Source: an uncultured Nitrospiraceae bacterium
GTDB taxonomy: Bacteria; Nitrospirota; Nitrospiria; Nitrospirales; Nitrospiraceae
NCBI GenBank assembly: GCA_963706325.1
Contig: CAVPLT010000007.1
Span: 256,001 to 320,000 of the forward strand
Direction of reading: 5' to 3'
DNA: 64,000 nucleotides
The position numbers and the translations under genes were made by a program. Under the pieces are notes generated by a model, which ran no database searches, was not told where the DNA came from, and saw nothing but the letters and a program-made list of their open reading frames with translations. This document shows positions 1 through 10,303 of this stretch, one piece after another. How positions within the stretch are numbered: position 1 is the first letter of the stretch; each line of letters opens with the position of its first letter.

Positions 1-2
1 AG

Positions 3-1238
3 AAGCCGGATCTCACCATCGAATTATTGGACGGTGCGAAGACCATTGGAGCTAAGATTCTGGTGTCAGGCGGAGGGCGCTGCAACGTCACGCATGATAC
101 GGTGCTGCCGGCCGATTTTTTTGGCACCCCTCACCTGGTGCGCAACGTGCTCGCCGCCTTTCCGGTGGAGGAAACGGTCAGGTGGTTTGCGTCAATCGGT
201 GTCGAGCTCAAGCGCGAGGAAACCGGCAAACTTTTTCCCGTGACCGACAAGGCACGGACCGTGCTCGACGCGCTCATCGCGCGTAGTCGAGACCTTGGCC
301 TCGCGCTACGCCAGAGTCATCGGGTTCTTGACGTCGGTCGCCTCGGCAACATATTGGAATCAAGCCAGACGGACTCTGCCCGGTTCGTGATCCGCCACCA
401 GCAGGGCGAGACGTTCGCGCGACGGCTCATCCTGGCCACCGGCGGGCAGTCACTGCCTCGCAGTGGAAGCGACGGATCAGGTTATGGACTCGCGCGCCGC
501 CTGGGGCACCGGGTAACTCCTACCGTCCCCGCGTTGGTCGCCTTGGTTCTTGACGACGCCTGTTTTCATTCGGGGCTTTCGGGGCTGTCGCAGGAGGTGG
601 AAGTGCAGACGGTGGTGGAGGGACGGTCGGTGGATCGGCGGACCGGTAGTCTGCTGTGGACCCATTTCGGGATCAGCGGGCCGGTCGTGATGGATGCAAG
701 CCGATTCTGGTGTTTGGCCGTGGAGCGAGGTGAAACCGTTGAGCTGTTCGGGAACTTTTTACCCGGGCGAACAGCGGACCAGGCGCGCGAATGGTTTCTG
801 ACGCAGGCTGGCAAAAATCCGCGACGGTCACTGCTGAAGATACTCGTTGAGTTACTGCCGGAGCGATGTTCCGAAGCCCTGTGTCGGCATGTCGATGCCG
901 ATCCGCAACAGGTTGCCGCGCAGGTATCACGCGCCACCCGTGAGCGCCTCCTGAATGCCCTCACTCGCTTTCGATTTCCTGTGGCGCGCGACCGGGGCTG
1001 GAATTTTGCGGAAGTGACAGCGGGCGGGATTCCGCTGGAAGAGATCAACTATCGCACGATGGAATCCAAGCTTGTTCCGGGGTTGCATCTGGTCGGCGAG
1101 CTGCTCGACTGCGACGGTCGGATCGGCGGGTTCAATTTTCAATGGGCCTGGGCGACAGGCCGGGCAGCCGGCCGCGCGGTGGCCGCAAGCCTTGCCGGAC
1201 AGGCGAGCGGCGATAACGCCCAGACAGCGCGGCTATAG
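3..1238 (+). CDS. HI0933/YhiN-family NAD(P)/FAD-dependent oxidoreductase (5'-partial)
   Basis: Motifs KILVSGGGRCNVT, LILATGG.S.P..GSDGSG, THFGISGP, AEVTAGG and GGFNFQWAWATG; frame is open from the window start. Confidence 0.92.
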   Translation, partial: KPDLTIELLDGAKTIGAKILVSGGGRCNVTHDTVLPADFFGTPHLVRNVLAAFPVEETVRWFASIGVELKREETGKLFPVTDKARTVLDALIARSRDLGLALRQSHRVLDVGRLGNILESSQTDSARFVIRHQQGETFARRLILATGGQSLPRSGSDGSGYGLARRLGHRVTPTVPALVALVLDDACFHSGLSGLSQEVEVQTVVEGRSVDRRTGSLLWTHFGISGPVVMDASRFWCLAVERGETVELFGNFLPGRTADQAREWFLTQAGKNPRRSLLKILVELLPERCSEALCRHVDADPQQVAAQVSRATRERLLNALTRFRFPVARDRGWNFAEVTAGGIPLEEINYRTMESKLVPGLHLVGELLDCDGRIGGFNFQWAWATGRAAGRAVAASLAGQASGDNAQTARL

Positions 1239-1265
1239 AGGCGAACGTGAATAGCCCTGTAGGGT

Positions 1266-2291
1266 TTATTTCAGCTCGTATCCGACCCCAAAAATGATGG
1301 CTTCGTCGGTCTTTTTGCGTCCAGGGGCCGGCTGGGTGTTCAGTCGAAAGTCGTATTCCACATTGAAGAAGATTTGTTTATACACAGTGATTCGAACCCC
1401 TTGGTCCGCATTGAATCGGAATGCGTTGCCCTCATTGATGTCATAAAATCCCTCATGCCGGTGGAACAATTTGACCCGGTCCGGCCACAGGCCATGTTCC
1501 CATCGCAGGCTCCAGCGCGCGGAGGGAGTCTGATTGGTGGGACTATTCGTGAAGTGCTCACTCACGTGAGCGAGACCAATAGACAATGACAACGTTGTGC
1601 GGGCCGTCTCCAAGAATTGATAACCGAGGCCGCTGCCGATGGTGGAGCGAAGTTGCAGGTTCTGCAGGGTGTCTTGTTCCAGCATCCCGAACGTTTCGAT
1701 GAAGACCTCTTTGCTGATGAAGTAATTGTGTTTCAGGCTCGCCAGAGAATTCCGGGCGGTCACTTGATCGCCGGCCGCCCCGTAATTGTATTTGCCTTCG
1801 AACAAGAGACGCTGGCGGTACGCACTCAGCATGAAGCGCGCGGCGCCGTTAAAGGCTTTCGCGTTGCTGTTTCCTGATGTATTGTTCCCGCCGATCGTGA
1901 GCGTGCCGGTCAATTGAATGGGTTCGAGATTGATCGCCGTAATCTCCGTCAACGGCACGGGACCATCCGGGCTCAATTCCCTGACTTCCTGGATGGTCTG
2001 TGCGCCGTTCAAAAAGCGTCGGATGGGATCGTGAGATTCCCCGGGTACCATGATTTTCAGCGGGACGTCGGATGACAGACGCTGCACTTTTCCCCACTCG
2101 ATCTTGATCTCACCGCCGTAATCCGTCTGCAGGGTCAGAACGTTTTCTTCCATTTTGACGATCGTTCCTGTAAGGCGATCTCCATTCAGGAGATACACTT
2201 CGTCTGCCCAGGCGGGCGTGACGAGCCAAAAGCTCAGAAGGACAATGGACCATTGCCGGCGCAGGGCTCGGTAAGTGCGATAACGGTGCAT
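1266..2291 (-). CDS. DUF481/YdiY-like outer-membrane beta-barrel protein
   Basis: Signal peptide ending AWA-DE, N-terminal D.V.L.NGDRLTG domain, alternating beta-strand pattern, C-terminal FGVGYELK. Confidence 0.8.
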   Translation of the reverse strand: MHRYRTYRALRRQWSIVLLSFWLVTPAWADEVYLLNGDRLTGTIVKMEENVLTLQTDYGGEIKIEWGKVQRLSSDVPLKIMVPGESHDPIRRFLNGAQTIQEVRELSPDGPVPLTEITAINLEPIQLTGTLTIGGNNTSGNSNAKAFNGAARFMLSAYRQRLLFEGKYNYGAAGDQVTARNSLASLKHNYFISKEVFIETFGMLEQDTLQNLQLRSTIGSGLGYQFLETARTTLSLSIGLAHVSEHFTNSPTNQTPSARWSLRWEHGLWPDRVKLFHRHEGFYDINEGNAFRFNADQGVRITVYKQIFFNVEYDFRLNTQPAPGRKKTDEAIIFGVGYELK

Positions 2292-2443
2292 GAGTGGGGA
2301 GTCAATAATAGAAGGGCCTACAACTCATCCGAGAGGCATGGTGCGGCAATCTGTTCGACCAGCCCACCCTAATAGAGAGCGTCGTGAGTTGCAAGGGTTG
2401 GAGTGAGATAAAATCACATGGGACAGGTCTCGTCAACCATCCA

Positions 2444-3165
2444 TTATTTCGCGATCGTAATGCTGGGAACTCCTGTGCGTGGAAGGTCGGTGATGGTCAT
2501 CTGGAAAAGCTGTGAGAGCAGTTTGAACGCTTCGCGATTCCAGCGACCTTGAGGCCCGTTGGCGTTGACGGCGTAGTGGTGTCCGTGGGAGCGGACCGAC
2601 AGGTCTGATTTGGCCGGCGCGTTCTCCAACTACCAGCAAGGCCATGGTTTTGACCGGATTCTCGGCGACCGGCGGGGTGCGGAGGTCTTTTCCACATGAT
2701 GCTCCGCTTCCTCCTCGACCGATCGACCCAGAAAGTTCAGCATCGCATTGAAGCTGCGCAGCCTGAAGTCGCCGTGCAACGGCCAATCGCCCCCATAATG
2801 GCCGGCTCGAATGTCGAAGGACACATCGTTGACCGGACGTTGATCCGCCGTTTCGTGCAGGCGGATCCGTTCCATCTCGGGAAGCGTGGCGGGATCGTAG
2901 TTCGTAATCAGGATCCGTCCGGACATCGGTTTTCGCAAGGTATAGGTGCGGTGGGCGGAATCGTAGGTGATGAGATACTGCTGTTCCAGCGCAGTGAAGC
3001 CTTTCGCCGTCACGGACTCGGCCGGAATGGTCCAGGTCCGTTCAAAGGTCAACGCTTCCGCATAGAGGTGATTGGCATCTTGAATCGCCGAGAGATGCAG
3101 CACAACTTTTCGGAATATTTCGTCGCCGTATCTGTCGACGGGATTGTTACGATAGGCAACCTCTC
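2444..3165 (-). pseudogene. 5'-truncated hypothetical gene with two compensating frameshifts and an in-frame TAG
   Basis: Protein-like sequence appears to pass from ORF 2630..3493 (..HHVEK) to ORF 2433..2786 (DLRTPPVAENPVKTMALLV) and back to ORF 2444..2629 (ENAPAK..SITIAK); no credible start. Confidence 0.65.
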
Positions 3166-3290
3166 CGCAATTGGAGGAGCTCGGGACATATCGCTGCAAG
3201 ACGGGTGAAGATCGTGTTAACTGTGACAGGAACTCTCGCCTCGGGACCGCGGTTTGTTTTATCATCGGGGTTGAAAAACATGGGGGCACG

Positions 3291-4079
3291 ATGGACACGA
3301 AGCGAATGAGAGGGTGTGTTCTCTGCATCACCGTCATGATGGCCTGCTCGATTGCCGGATGCGGCAGCTCAGCGAAGCTCATGCATGGGCTCAGCATTGA
3401 GGAGTTGAAACCAGTGCCGGGCATCTTGCCCAGCGCGAGGCTGGTCAGGGGCACCATCAGCGGCATTGCCGGCGATCGCGTGGAGGTCAACACCGGCGAA
3501 CGAACCCCGCGATACCTGTCGCTCGAGGCCGGAGGGGACGAAGCTCGTGGCCTGCAGGTTGGGGGAGCGGTTGAGATTATGGTGAATGATCGGGATGAGA
3601 TCGTGACGTATCAGCGTCCCGCCGAAATCTTGCCGACGAAAATCTTCCGAGGCGCTCTGGGAAAGCCGTTCAATCCTGAGAAAGAGCGCGTGACGATTCG
3701 TCTCGACACGGGACGGGACGTCGGATTTTACGCGCGTCGCGTCGCCATGGAAAAGCTTGCCGCCCTGGAGGTCGGCGAAACAGCCGATTTTGCCGTGGAT
3801 CGAGCCTACCTTCTCGTCGATGTCTTCTCCCTAGGAAAGCCGCGCGAATTGGCCGTCGGCTCATCTTCTCGGGCACCCCAGCGGCGCGTGGAAGGCGCTT
3901 TTGTGACCATCGGGGATGGGCGAGTGCGCCTTCGCGTGAAAATCGATGACATTCAGTCTTTTCCCGTGCGGCCGTTGCTTCAGCCGGCGATCGAGCAGTT
4001 GGCTCCTAACGAGTCGGTATCCGTCTATCTCGATGCACAGGGACAGGTGATTGATATGAATCAAGTGGCGCGGCGCTGA
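3291..4079 (+). CDS. Putative lipoprotein with three tandem beta-rich repeats
   Basis: ATG at 3291, lipobox-like IAGC, internal units starting VRG/FRG/VEG and ending V.(N/D)....(I/V). Confidence 0.7.
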   Translation: MDTKRMRGCVLCITVMMACSIAGCGSSAKLMHGLSIEELKPVPGILPSARLVRGTISGIAGDRVEVNTGERTPRYLSLEAGGDEARGLQVGGAVEIMVNDRDEIVTYQRPAEILPTKIFRGALGKPFNPEKERVTIRLDTGRDVGFYARRVAMEKLAALEVGETADFAVDRAYLLVDVFSLGKPRELAVGSSSRAPQRRVEGAFVTIGDGRVRLRVKIDDIQSFPVRPLLQPAIEQLAPNESVSVYLDAQGQVIDMNQVARR

Positions 4080-4085
4080 AGGCCG

Positions 4086-4970
4086 TCAGCGACGGGGGGG
4101 AAGTTTGACGATGTTCGTGATCAGCCAATCGTTCAGGCGTGCCGGAAGGAGTAACGCCAGATATGTGCGAATGGCCGCGTCCGACCCGAGGAGGTAACGA
4201 GATTTCGGCCAGCGAGATCGTAGCGCATGGGCGACAGCGTCGGCGACGACCTTGGCCGGCTGGGCCTGTTCTCCCGCGGCCGTCGCCGCCTCTTTGACAC
4301 GGGTGAAGCCTTCTTGGTACATGGCCTTGAGGTCGTGGCTCCAGGACGCATCCCACCGATCCACTTCCTTTCTGGTCTTTCCCCAAATCGGCGTGGCGAT
4401 GGCGCCGGGCTCGATGAGCGCGACACGGATTCCCCACGGTTGCAGTTCGATGCGAAGCGCGTCGGTGACCGCAACCAATGCATGCTTCGACGCCGCATAG
4501 GGGGCCATGAATGGCATGCTGGCGCGGCCGGCGATGGACCCCATGTTGATGATGCGTCCCCGACCCTTGCGGATCAGCGGAAGAAACGTTTGTGTGGTGG
4601 CGATGAGACCGAACAGGTTCACTTCGAATTGGCGCCGCCAGTCGGTAAGCGGCAGGGCTTCGATGGGACCGGCGACGCCGATCCCGGCATTGTTGATTAG
4701 ACCCGCGAGACCGTGATCGCCTATCATGGCTGTGACCGTGTGACTTGCGCCCGCGATAGAGGCAGGGTCGGTGACGTCCAGGCGAATCGGCATCAGGCGC
4801 GGACCGGCTTGGCGTTGGAGAGTTTCGCCGTCGGCAGGATTCCGGATGCCCGCGAAGACGCGGTAGCCAAGCGAATCGAGTGTGAGGGCACAGGCGGCGC
4901 CGATGCCGGTAGAGGCGCCCGTGATCACGACGGCGTCGGATCGCGGAATTTGTGAAAGCAGATTGAGCAT
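4086..4970 (-). CDS. SDR-family oxidoreductase (17beta-HSD/RDH-like)
   Basis: TGASTGIG, NNAGI, YAASK, IEPG. Confidence 0.92.
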   Translation of the reverse strand: MLNLLSQIPRSDAVVITGASTGIGAACALTLDSLGYRVFAGIRNPADGETLQRQAGPRLMPIRLDVTDPASIAGASHTVTAMIGDHGLAGLINNAGIGVAGPIEALPLTDWRRQFEVNLFGLIATTQTFLPLIRKGRGRIINMGSIAGRASMPFMAPYAASKHALVAVTDALRIELQPWGIRVALIEPGAIATPIWGKTRKEVDRWDASWSHDLKAMYQEGFTRVKEAATAAGEQAQPAKVVADAVAHALRSRWPKSRYLLGSDAAIRTYLALLLPARLNDWLITNIVKLPPRR

Positions 4971-5129
4971 ATCGGGTAGTGGCTCCTCTGGTCTGGCCGC
5001 GTACCCTACCATAAATTATGGCGCTCCCCACAATCCCTTTCGAAGCACCGCTCGTTGTAGAGGCGGGTAGGCGATCGCTCAGGAAGCCTCGATGATTCAT
5101 CGGTCAGGGCATCGGGTGGGGGTAGGTAA

Positions 5130-6578
5130 ATGGGGGAAGATATGACTATGCAAGAATGGCGCAGGATGTTGCTGCTCACCGGGTTGTTGGGCATGGGGGG
5201 CTGCGCTCTGATGCCTCGTGAGTCATCGGGCCCCATCGCTGAAACAGTGCGTGATCGACGTCCCGCAATCGCGGGCGGGCATTCGCCCGAAAGAACTGTG
5301 ACGGTGCATCCTCGCGAGATCGACGATCTTTTATCCAACCCCGGTATGGGGTTTGCGGACTTCCATTTTGGCTTCGGTCATCCGCCTCCGGTCGAGCAAT
5401 ATCCCCATGCCACCGTGGCCTATTTTCGCTGGCCTTGGGCCGAGCTTGAACCGGCCGAGGGCCAATACAACTTCGCGCTGGTCGACCAGGTGATCGAGCA
5501 GGCCAAGGCAAAAGGCGAGACGCTCGCCATTCGGATCGTGTCCGAATATAAGACCGGCTCCCCGCTATGGTTGCTCAACAAGGGCGTGGCCAGTGTAAAG
5601 GAGTCGGACGGCATCTTTCCCGATCACAACAACCCGATCTTTCTTGACTACCATGAACGTCTCATCCGCGCCTTCGGCGATCGCTATGGACGATCAGTTG
5701 ATATCGATCACGTGGATATCGGATCGGTGGGATGTTGGGGCGAGTGGAACACCGCTTGTTGCGGAGGTGTCGAAGCACAGTGCAAAGCATTTTATCCTAC
5801 AGAGGCCAACCAGATCGCGATTACGGATTGGTATCTCAAATATTTTTCCGGCACTCCGCTCGTCATGTTGGTCGGCGGCCAGTTAGAGTATGCGACGGCT
5901 CGGGGCGCAGGCTGGCGCGGCGATTGTTACGGTGACTATAACTATTTTGGCCCGACGTGGAATCATATGGAGCATGTGTACACACCCGCTGCCGGCAACC
6001 CCATTGTGGGCGAGGCCTGGAAGCGCGGGCCGGTGCAGCTTGAAGTCTGCGGGTACATCCATGAGTGGTATGAGCGCGGGTTCGACCTCGAGCGAATTTT
6101 AGAAAAAGGGCTGGAGTGGCATCTCTCGGTGCTGAACGCGAAGTCGAAGCCGGTGCCGGCGGCGTGGCGACCACGCTTCGATGAATTTTTGAAAAAGATC
6201 GGCTATCGATTTGTATTGCGTGAAATGAGCCATGCCTGGGAGCTGAGATCGGGTGAGCCGCTCACCCTCCGATCACGCTGGGATAATATCGGGGTGGCGC
6301 CGATCTATCACACCTGGCCGCTGGCCTACCGGTTGCGGTCGAGTTCCGATCACGTGGTGGCGCAGTGGACCAGCCATGCCGATGTGAAGCAGTGGTTGCC
6401 AGGACCCATTCCCCAGATTGAGGATACGTTGGTGGTGCCAGAGCGCATTCCTGCAGACTCCTATGCCATCGATGTGGCGATTCTGTCCGAGGATGGCCGT
6501 TCCGCTCATGTCGAACTGGCGATCGAAGGGAAACGGACGGATCGTTGGTATCCGGTCTCCAGCGTCAGGATTCGCTAA
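5130..6578 (+). CDS. DUF4832-domain lipoprotein with GH42/beta-galactosidase-like catalytic domain
   Basis: Lipobox MGGC, NPGMG, YFRWPWAELEPAEGQYNF, GCWGEW, IGYRFVL, NIGVAP.Y. Confidence 0.75.
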   Translation: MGEDMTMQEWRRMLLLTGLLGMGGCALMPRESSGPIAETVRDRRPAIAGGHSPERTVTVHPREIDDLLSNPGMGFADFHFGFGHPPPVEQYPHATVAYFRWPWAELEPAEGQYNFALVDQVIEQAKAKGETLAIRIVSEYKTGSPLWLLNKGVASVKESDGIFPDHNNPIFLDYHERLIRAFGDRYGRSVDIDHVDIGSVGCWGEWNTACCGGVEAQCKAFYPTEANQIAITDWYLKYFSGTPLVMLVGGQLEYATARGAGWRGDCYGDYNYFGPTWNHMEHVYTPAAGNPIVGEAWKRGPVQLEVCGYIHEWYERGFDLERILEKGLEWHLSVLNAKSKPVPAAWRPRFDEFLKKIGYRFVLREMSHAWELRSGEPLTLRSRWDNIGVAPIYHTWPLAYRLRSSSDHVVAQWTSHADVKQWLPGPIPQIEDTLVVPERIPADSYAIDVAILSEDGRSAHVELAIEGKRTDRWYPVSSVRIR

Positions 6579-6654
6579 TATATGGGTGAAGGACGGAGCC
6601 TCGGCAGTGTATGTGGAAATGATGCCGGGTGAGGAGCGAACTGCCTGGCGTTCG

Positions 6655-7556
6655 CTAGGCGGCGCGTACCTGGACATCGGTAGTACCGTTGAGCACCGCG
6701 AGCACTCGATTGCCGTTCCCACAATATTCGATCTGGTCGAAGCTAACCTTATTGGCCATGGCGATGCCGCGACCGTGGGTGTCGAATGCTCGTTCAGGAT
6801 CGAAGTCTAAGTACTTGCGCCATTCAAACCCATTGCCCTGATCCGCGATATGCAACGTGAGCCGGTCCGAGTGGCGGGCGAAATGGGCGGTGACAACTCG
6901 CGAAGCATAGAGAGGATCAGCGAGCCGTTTCGCAATTACGTGTTCCAGCATCTCCTGATCGAGGAGCCGCGGTTTGCCGTATACCCGATATTCAAATTGC
7001 CATGTTCCACTGCATTCAAGGTGAGCTCGAGAATGCCGGTTACCACCCGATGTGGATCGGGATAGGCGTGGGCGAGGAGCATCGCAAGACTTTTCGCTTC
7101 ATCCGGCGTTCTGAATGTGAATGTCGCGGAATTCAGTAGGCGCATGGTGGCGGTTGTTCGGGTGAGATCGCCCCGCACTTCCAGGTAACTGGTGCGATCG
7201 CGGATCGCGGCGTCGACGATGGCCAGCAAAGTCCCTTGATCAAACGGCTTCGCTAAATAATAGTAGGCTCCGGCCTGTAACCCCTCCAGCGTTTGCTGTG
7301 GTGTCGTAGCCGCAGTCTGCATGATCACGGGGATTTGGCTGAGGATAGGGTGCTGTTTCATCTTCTGGAGGACTTCCATCCCATCCATCCCGGGCATCAT
7401 GCGATCGAGTAAGACCGCGTGGAACCGGTCTGGATCTCGCTGCAGCGACTCCCAGGCTTGACCGCCGCTCATTGCCGTGGCCAATGCGTACCCCTGGGTT
7501 GAAGGCGTTCGATCAGAATGTGGTGGTTCAGGAGAGAATCATCGACGAGCAACAGC
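6655..7556 (-). pseudogene. Response regulator fused to RsbW-like HATPase domain, two frameshifts
   Basis: REC start LLLVDDSLLN (about 7556-7502) is out of frame with ORF 6936..7484 (LLDRMMPGMDG, YLAKP, ELTLNAVEHGN), which shifts again near 6973 into ORF 6655..6951 (DQGNGF, HGRGI). Confidence 0.8.
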
Positions 7557-7627
7557 TGTGTATGTGAACGGGCAGCGTAACGCTGTTACCGGTGGACAGT
7601 CTAGCGGCTTGGAGATGACTAGCATCC

Positions 7628-7656
7628 GTATCGGAGCGAGAGGGAAAGGACTTTAG
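7628..7656 (-). promoter_or_regulatory. Possible sigma28 (FliA)-type promoter
   Basis: Minus strand CTAAA-N16-TCCGATAC resembles TAAA-N15-GCCGATAA, upstream of the REC pseudogene. Confidence 0.35.
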
Positions 7657-7680
7657 CGTGGGAAGGAGAAGGACGGGTCA

Positions 7681-7717
7681 AGGACTCCACCAGGCTCAAA
7701 TGACCGAGTGGAGTCCT
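7681..7717 (-). terminator. Hairpin downstream of FKBP gene
   Basis: 10-bp inverted repeat AGGACTCCAC/GTGGAGTCCT; no clear U-tract. Confidence 0.45.
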
Positions 7718-7731
7718 CTAGGTACTTCTCT

Positions 7732-8409
7732 TTACTGCTTGACGATATCTAGGAGTTCCACTTCAAACACCAGCGTGGCGCCCGGTTTAATGACAGGAGG
7801 TGAACCGCGATCCCCGTAGGCAATTCCCGACGGACAGACCAGCTTGCTTTTTCCACCGACCTTGATCAATTGCACCGCTTCAGTCCAACATTTGATCACC
7901 TGATTGAGTGGGAAGGTAGCCGGCTCGCCGCGTTTGACGGAGCTGTCAAAGACGGTTCCATCGGTCAGTGTGCCGTGGTAATGGACCTTCACGGTATCGG
8001 TCGCTTTCGGAGTGGCTCCTTTGCCTTCCTTGATCGTGGTCACAATGGCGCCCGATTCCGTTTTCTTTGCGCCCGGTTCCGCGGCGGCTTTGGTGATGAA
8101 TCCGGCCCCGGCTTTCTTTTCGACATCGGCCAGCGCAGAGGAACGCACTTGCTGCATATGTTGAATTTTCGGACCGAAGACTTGCAGGTCGACCTTTTGC
8201 GGTCGCTTCATCACTCCGTCCGTCAGGCCGGATCTTACAAATTCGAGTTCAGTTTCATTGAGCGTGAACGGCTCCAACGATTGACTGAGCGCCACGCCGA
8301 GGGCGTACAGGGTTTTCTGTTCATCGTTGGCTGGTTCTGGGCCTGCGGCCCAAGTGAGCGAGGACATAAGGAGGACAACTGCGGAGAGGGCACCGGTCAC
8401 ATGACGCAT
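7732..8409 (-). CDS. FKBP-type peptidyl-prolyl cis-trans isomerase (FkpA/Mip-like)
   Basis: Signal peptide, YALG, VKVHYHGTL.DGTVFDSS, VIKCWTEA, AYG, TLVFEVELL. Confidence 0.95.
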   Translation of the reverse strand: MRHVTGALSAVVLLMSSLTWAAGPEPANDEQKTLYALGVALSQSLEPFTLNETELEFVRSGLTDGVMKRPQKVDLQVFGPKIQHMQQVRSSALADVEKKAGAGFITKAAAEPGAKKTESGAIVTTIKEGKGATPKATDTVKVHYHGTLTDGTVFDSSVKRGEPATFPLNQVIKCWTEAVQLIKVGGKSKLVCPSGIAYGDRGSPPVIKPGATLVFEVELLDIVKQ

Positions 8410-8488
8410 GGACGATCCTTTCTGCTGAAAAAGCGAGCCTGTACCCACCTTATGTCAGACTGCCCCTGCGGCTCAAGAAAATTTTTGC

Positions 8489-8616
8489 GCAGGTTGATGA
8501 AAATGGTCGCACGCTTCGTTTTCAGTTGCGACTCTCATTGCAACGTACCCCCGTGCGTACGCCTCACTCGCGTCGCCCCTTGCGGCCTTGCTGGACGACC
8601 ATGTTGAGCAGCCTGC
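8489..8616. mobile_element. MITE-like intergenic repeat (128 bp)
   Basis: Imperfect 21-bp terminal inverted repeats GCAGGTTGATGAAAATGGTCG and (rc) GCAGGCTGCTCAACATGGTCG; related to 11523-11725. Confidence 0.7.
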
Positions 8617-8629
8617 TGTGGAGGTGCGG

Positions 8630-9574
8630 TCAGGAGAGCCGAGCGCGTCCATGCGGGCTGGTGAGATCCAGGAGCGGCCCGATGGGGACGATGCGAGTCG
8701 GGTTGATGTCGTGATGCGTGCTGTAATAGTGCCGTTTGATGTGGTCGAAATTGACCGTGTCGGCGACGCGTGCCACCTGGTACAGGTCTTTGAGATACCC
8801 GGAGAGATGCGGGTAATCGACGATACGCCGGAGGTTGCATTTGAAATGGCCATGATAAACGGCATCGAACCGAAGCAGCGTGACAAACAGTCGCCAGTCG
8901 GACTCGACGTACTGTGATCCGAAAAGATACCGCTGGTCGCGAAGCCTGATCTCAAGTTGGTCTAGTCCCTCGAACAGCCGGTGAGCCGCGCGTTCATAGG
9001 CCCGTTGGGACGTGGCAAACCCGGCGCGATAGACACCATCGTTGATCGTTTCGTAGATGAATGTGTTTAAGGCGTCGATCTCCTGCCTCAGGGCGGCGGG
9101 GTACAAGTCCAACGTACTGTCGGTAAACTGATTGAAGGCTCCATTGAAGATGCGCATGAGATCGTCGTCGGAGTTGGTCACGATCCGATGAGTGACCGTA
9201 TCCCACAGCGCTGGTACGGTGACACGGCCGCGATAGCCGGGGTCGGTGGCGCGATAGGCTTCAGCGAGATACTGAAACCCGTTGAGGGAGTCGATCGAAT
9301 GGCCGGGACCATGATGAAAGGCCCAACCGCGTTCGTCGCGGATCGGATCGACGACCGTCATGCCGATCACCGACTCCAAGCGTTTCAGGACGCGGACGAT
9401 GATCGTGCGGTGCGCCCAGGGACAGGCGAGGGAGACGTACAAGTGATAGCGCCCAGCTGCGGCAGGATAGGCGGAGCGGCCGTCGTCGGTGACCCAGTCA
9501 CGGAAGGCATCGCTTTGCCGTTTGAATTCGCCTGTGTCCGTATGTTCATTCGGAAATTGTGGATGTCCCTGCAT
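8630..9574 (-). CDS. Glutathionyl-hydroquinone reductase (YqjG/omega-like GST)
   Basis: GRYHLYVSLACPWAHR, GRVTVPALWD, INDGVYRAGFA, RFDAVYHGHFKCN, HIKRHYY. Confidence 0.95.
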   Translation of the reverse strand: MQGHPQFPNEHTDTGEFKRQSDAFRDWVTDDGRSAYPAAAGRYHLYVSLACPWAHRTIIVRVLKRLESVIGMTVVDPIRDERGWAFHHGPGHSIDSLNGFQYLAEAYRATDPGYRGRVTVPALWDTVTHRIVTNSDDDLMRIFNGAFNQFTDSTLDLYPAALRQEIDALNTFIYETINDGVYRAGFATSQRAYERAAHRLFEGLDQLEIRLRDQRYLFGSQYVESDWRLFVTLLRFDAVYHGHFKCNLRRIVDYPHLSGYLKDLYQVARVADTVNFDHIKRHYYSTHHDINPTRIVPIGPLLDLTSPHGRARLS

Positions 9575-9808
9575 CGGATAGTTCTCCTACGGCGCGTCCC
9601 ACCATGGCCACAACCGACTTGCGTCGTCAATCATCTCTGGCTGCGTTGCAGGCTAGGAGAGGAGGCGACTTATTTATTATCAGTCTGCGTAGGCCCACGG
9701 GGAGCGGAGAGATCCCACCCGACGGAAAACAACATGAGGAAACCCAGCGGCGGCGGTTTGTACGCGCGGCAATGCAGGATGGCGATTGGTTGGAAACGGG
9801 CGTGAGAA

Positions 9809-10303
9809 TTACCAACGTCGATGCCATCGACCGAAATAAGGGCGGTAAAAACGCGGCCCCCAGGCATAGGGGCGGCCGTAATAGGGCGATCCGTAAAGCC
9901 AGGGACGGCCGAGGTAGAGGCCCAAGCCTACGGACGGATACCCGTAGAGTAATCCCGGTGAGACATAGCCATAGGTGGAAACTGAGGACGATTGTTCGGA
10001 CATCTGACGCTGAAGATCGGCAGTCACCGCGCTTTGCCGATCGGTCTGCTCTTTCAGCTGACCAACGGTGCTTTGCTGAAGGTGGACCTCCGCCTCCAGT
10101 TTTGAAATTTTTTCACGCTGGATTTCGATAAAAGCCTGGAGACATCGCGTATGCGCGTCACCGGCATAGTTGGAACATTCCCAAGGGCCTGAGGTCTCGG
10201 CAGCCTGAAGAGGAGCGATAGGAAGAATGAGGCAGAGCCCTAACATGAATGAACCGCCCCATCGATGCGGAAAGCCTGATCGTCTGATCCTAAGAGGTGC
10301 CAT
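9809..10303 (-). CDS. Hypothetical exported protein with coiled coil and Y/G/P/R-rich tail
   Basis: RBS AAGGAGG upstream, hydrophobic segment, Cys pair, heptad region. Confidence 0.7.
   Translation of the reverse strand: MAPLRIRRSGFPHRWGGSFMLGLCLILPIAPLQAAETSGPWECSNYAGDAHTRCLQAFIEIQREKISKLEAEVHLQQSTVGQLKEQTDRQSAVTADLQRQMSEQSSSVSTYGYVSPGLLYGYPSVGLGLYLGRPWLYGSPYYGRPYAWGPRFYRPYFGRWHRRW

Noticed and set aside
2630..2632. Amber read-through (pyrrolysine or recoding) joining ORFs 2630..3493 and 2444..2629
   Set aside because: The preceding 20 codons look like off-frame sequence, and two compensating indels explain the stop
4006..5100. 364-aa Arg-rich ORF
   Set aside because: Alternative frame over the clear SDR gene; typical high-GC shadow ORF
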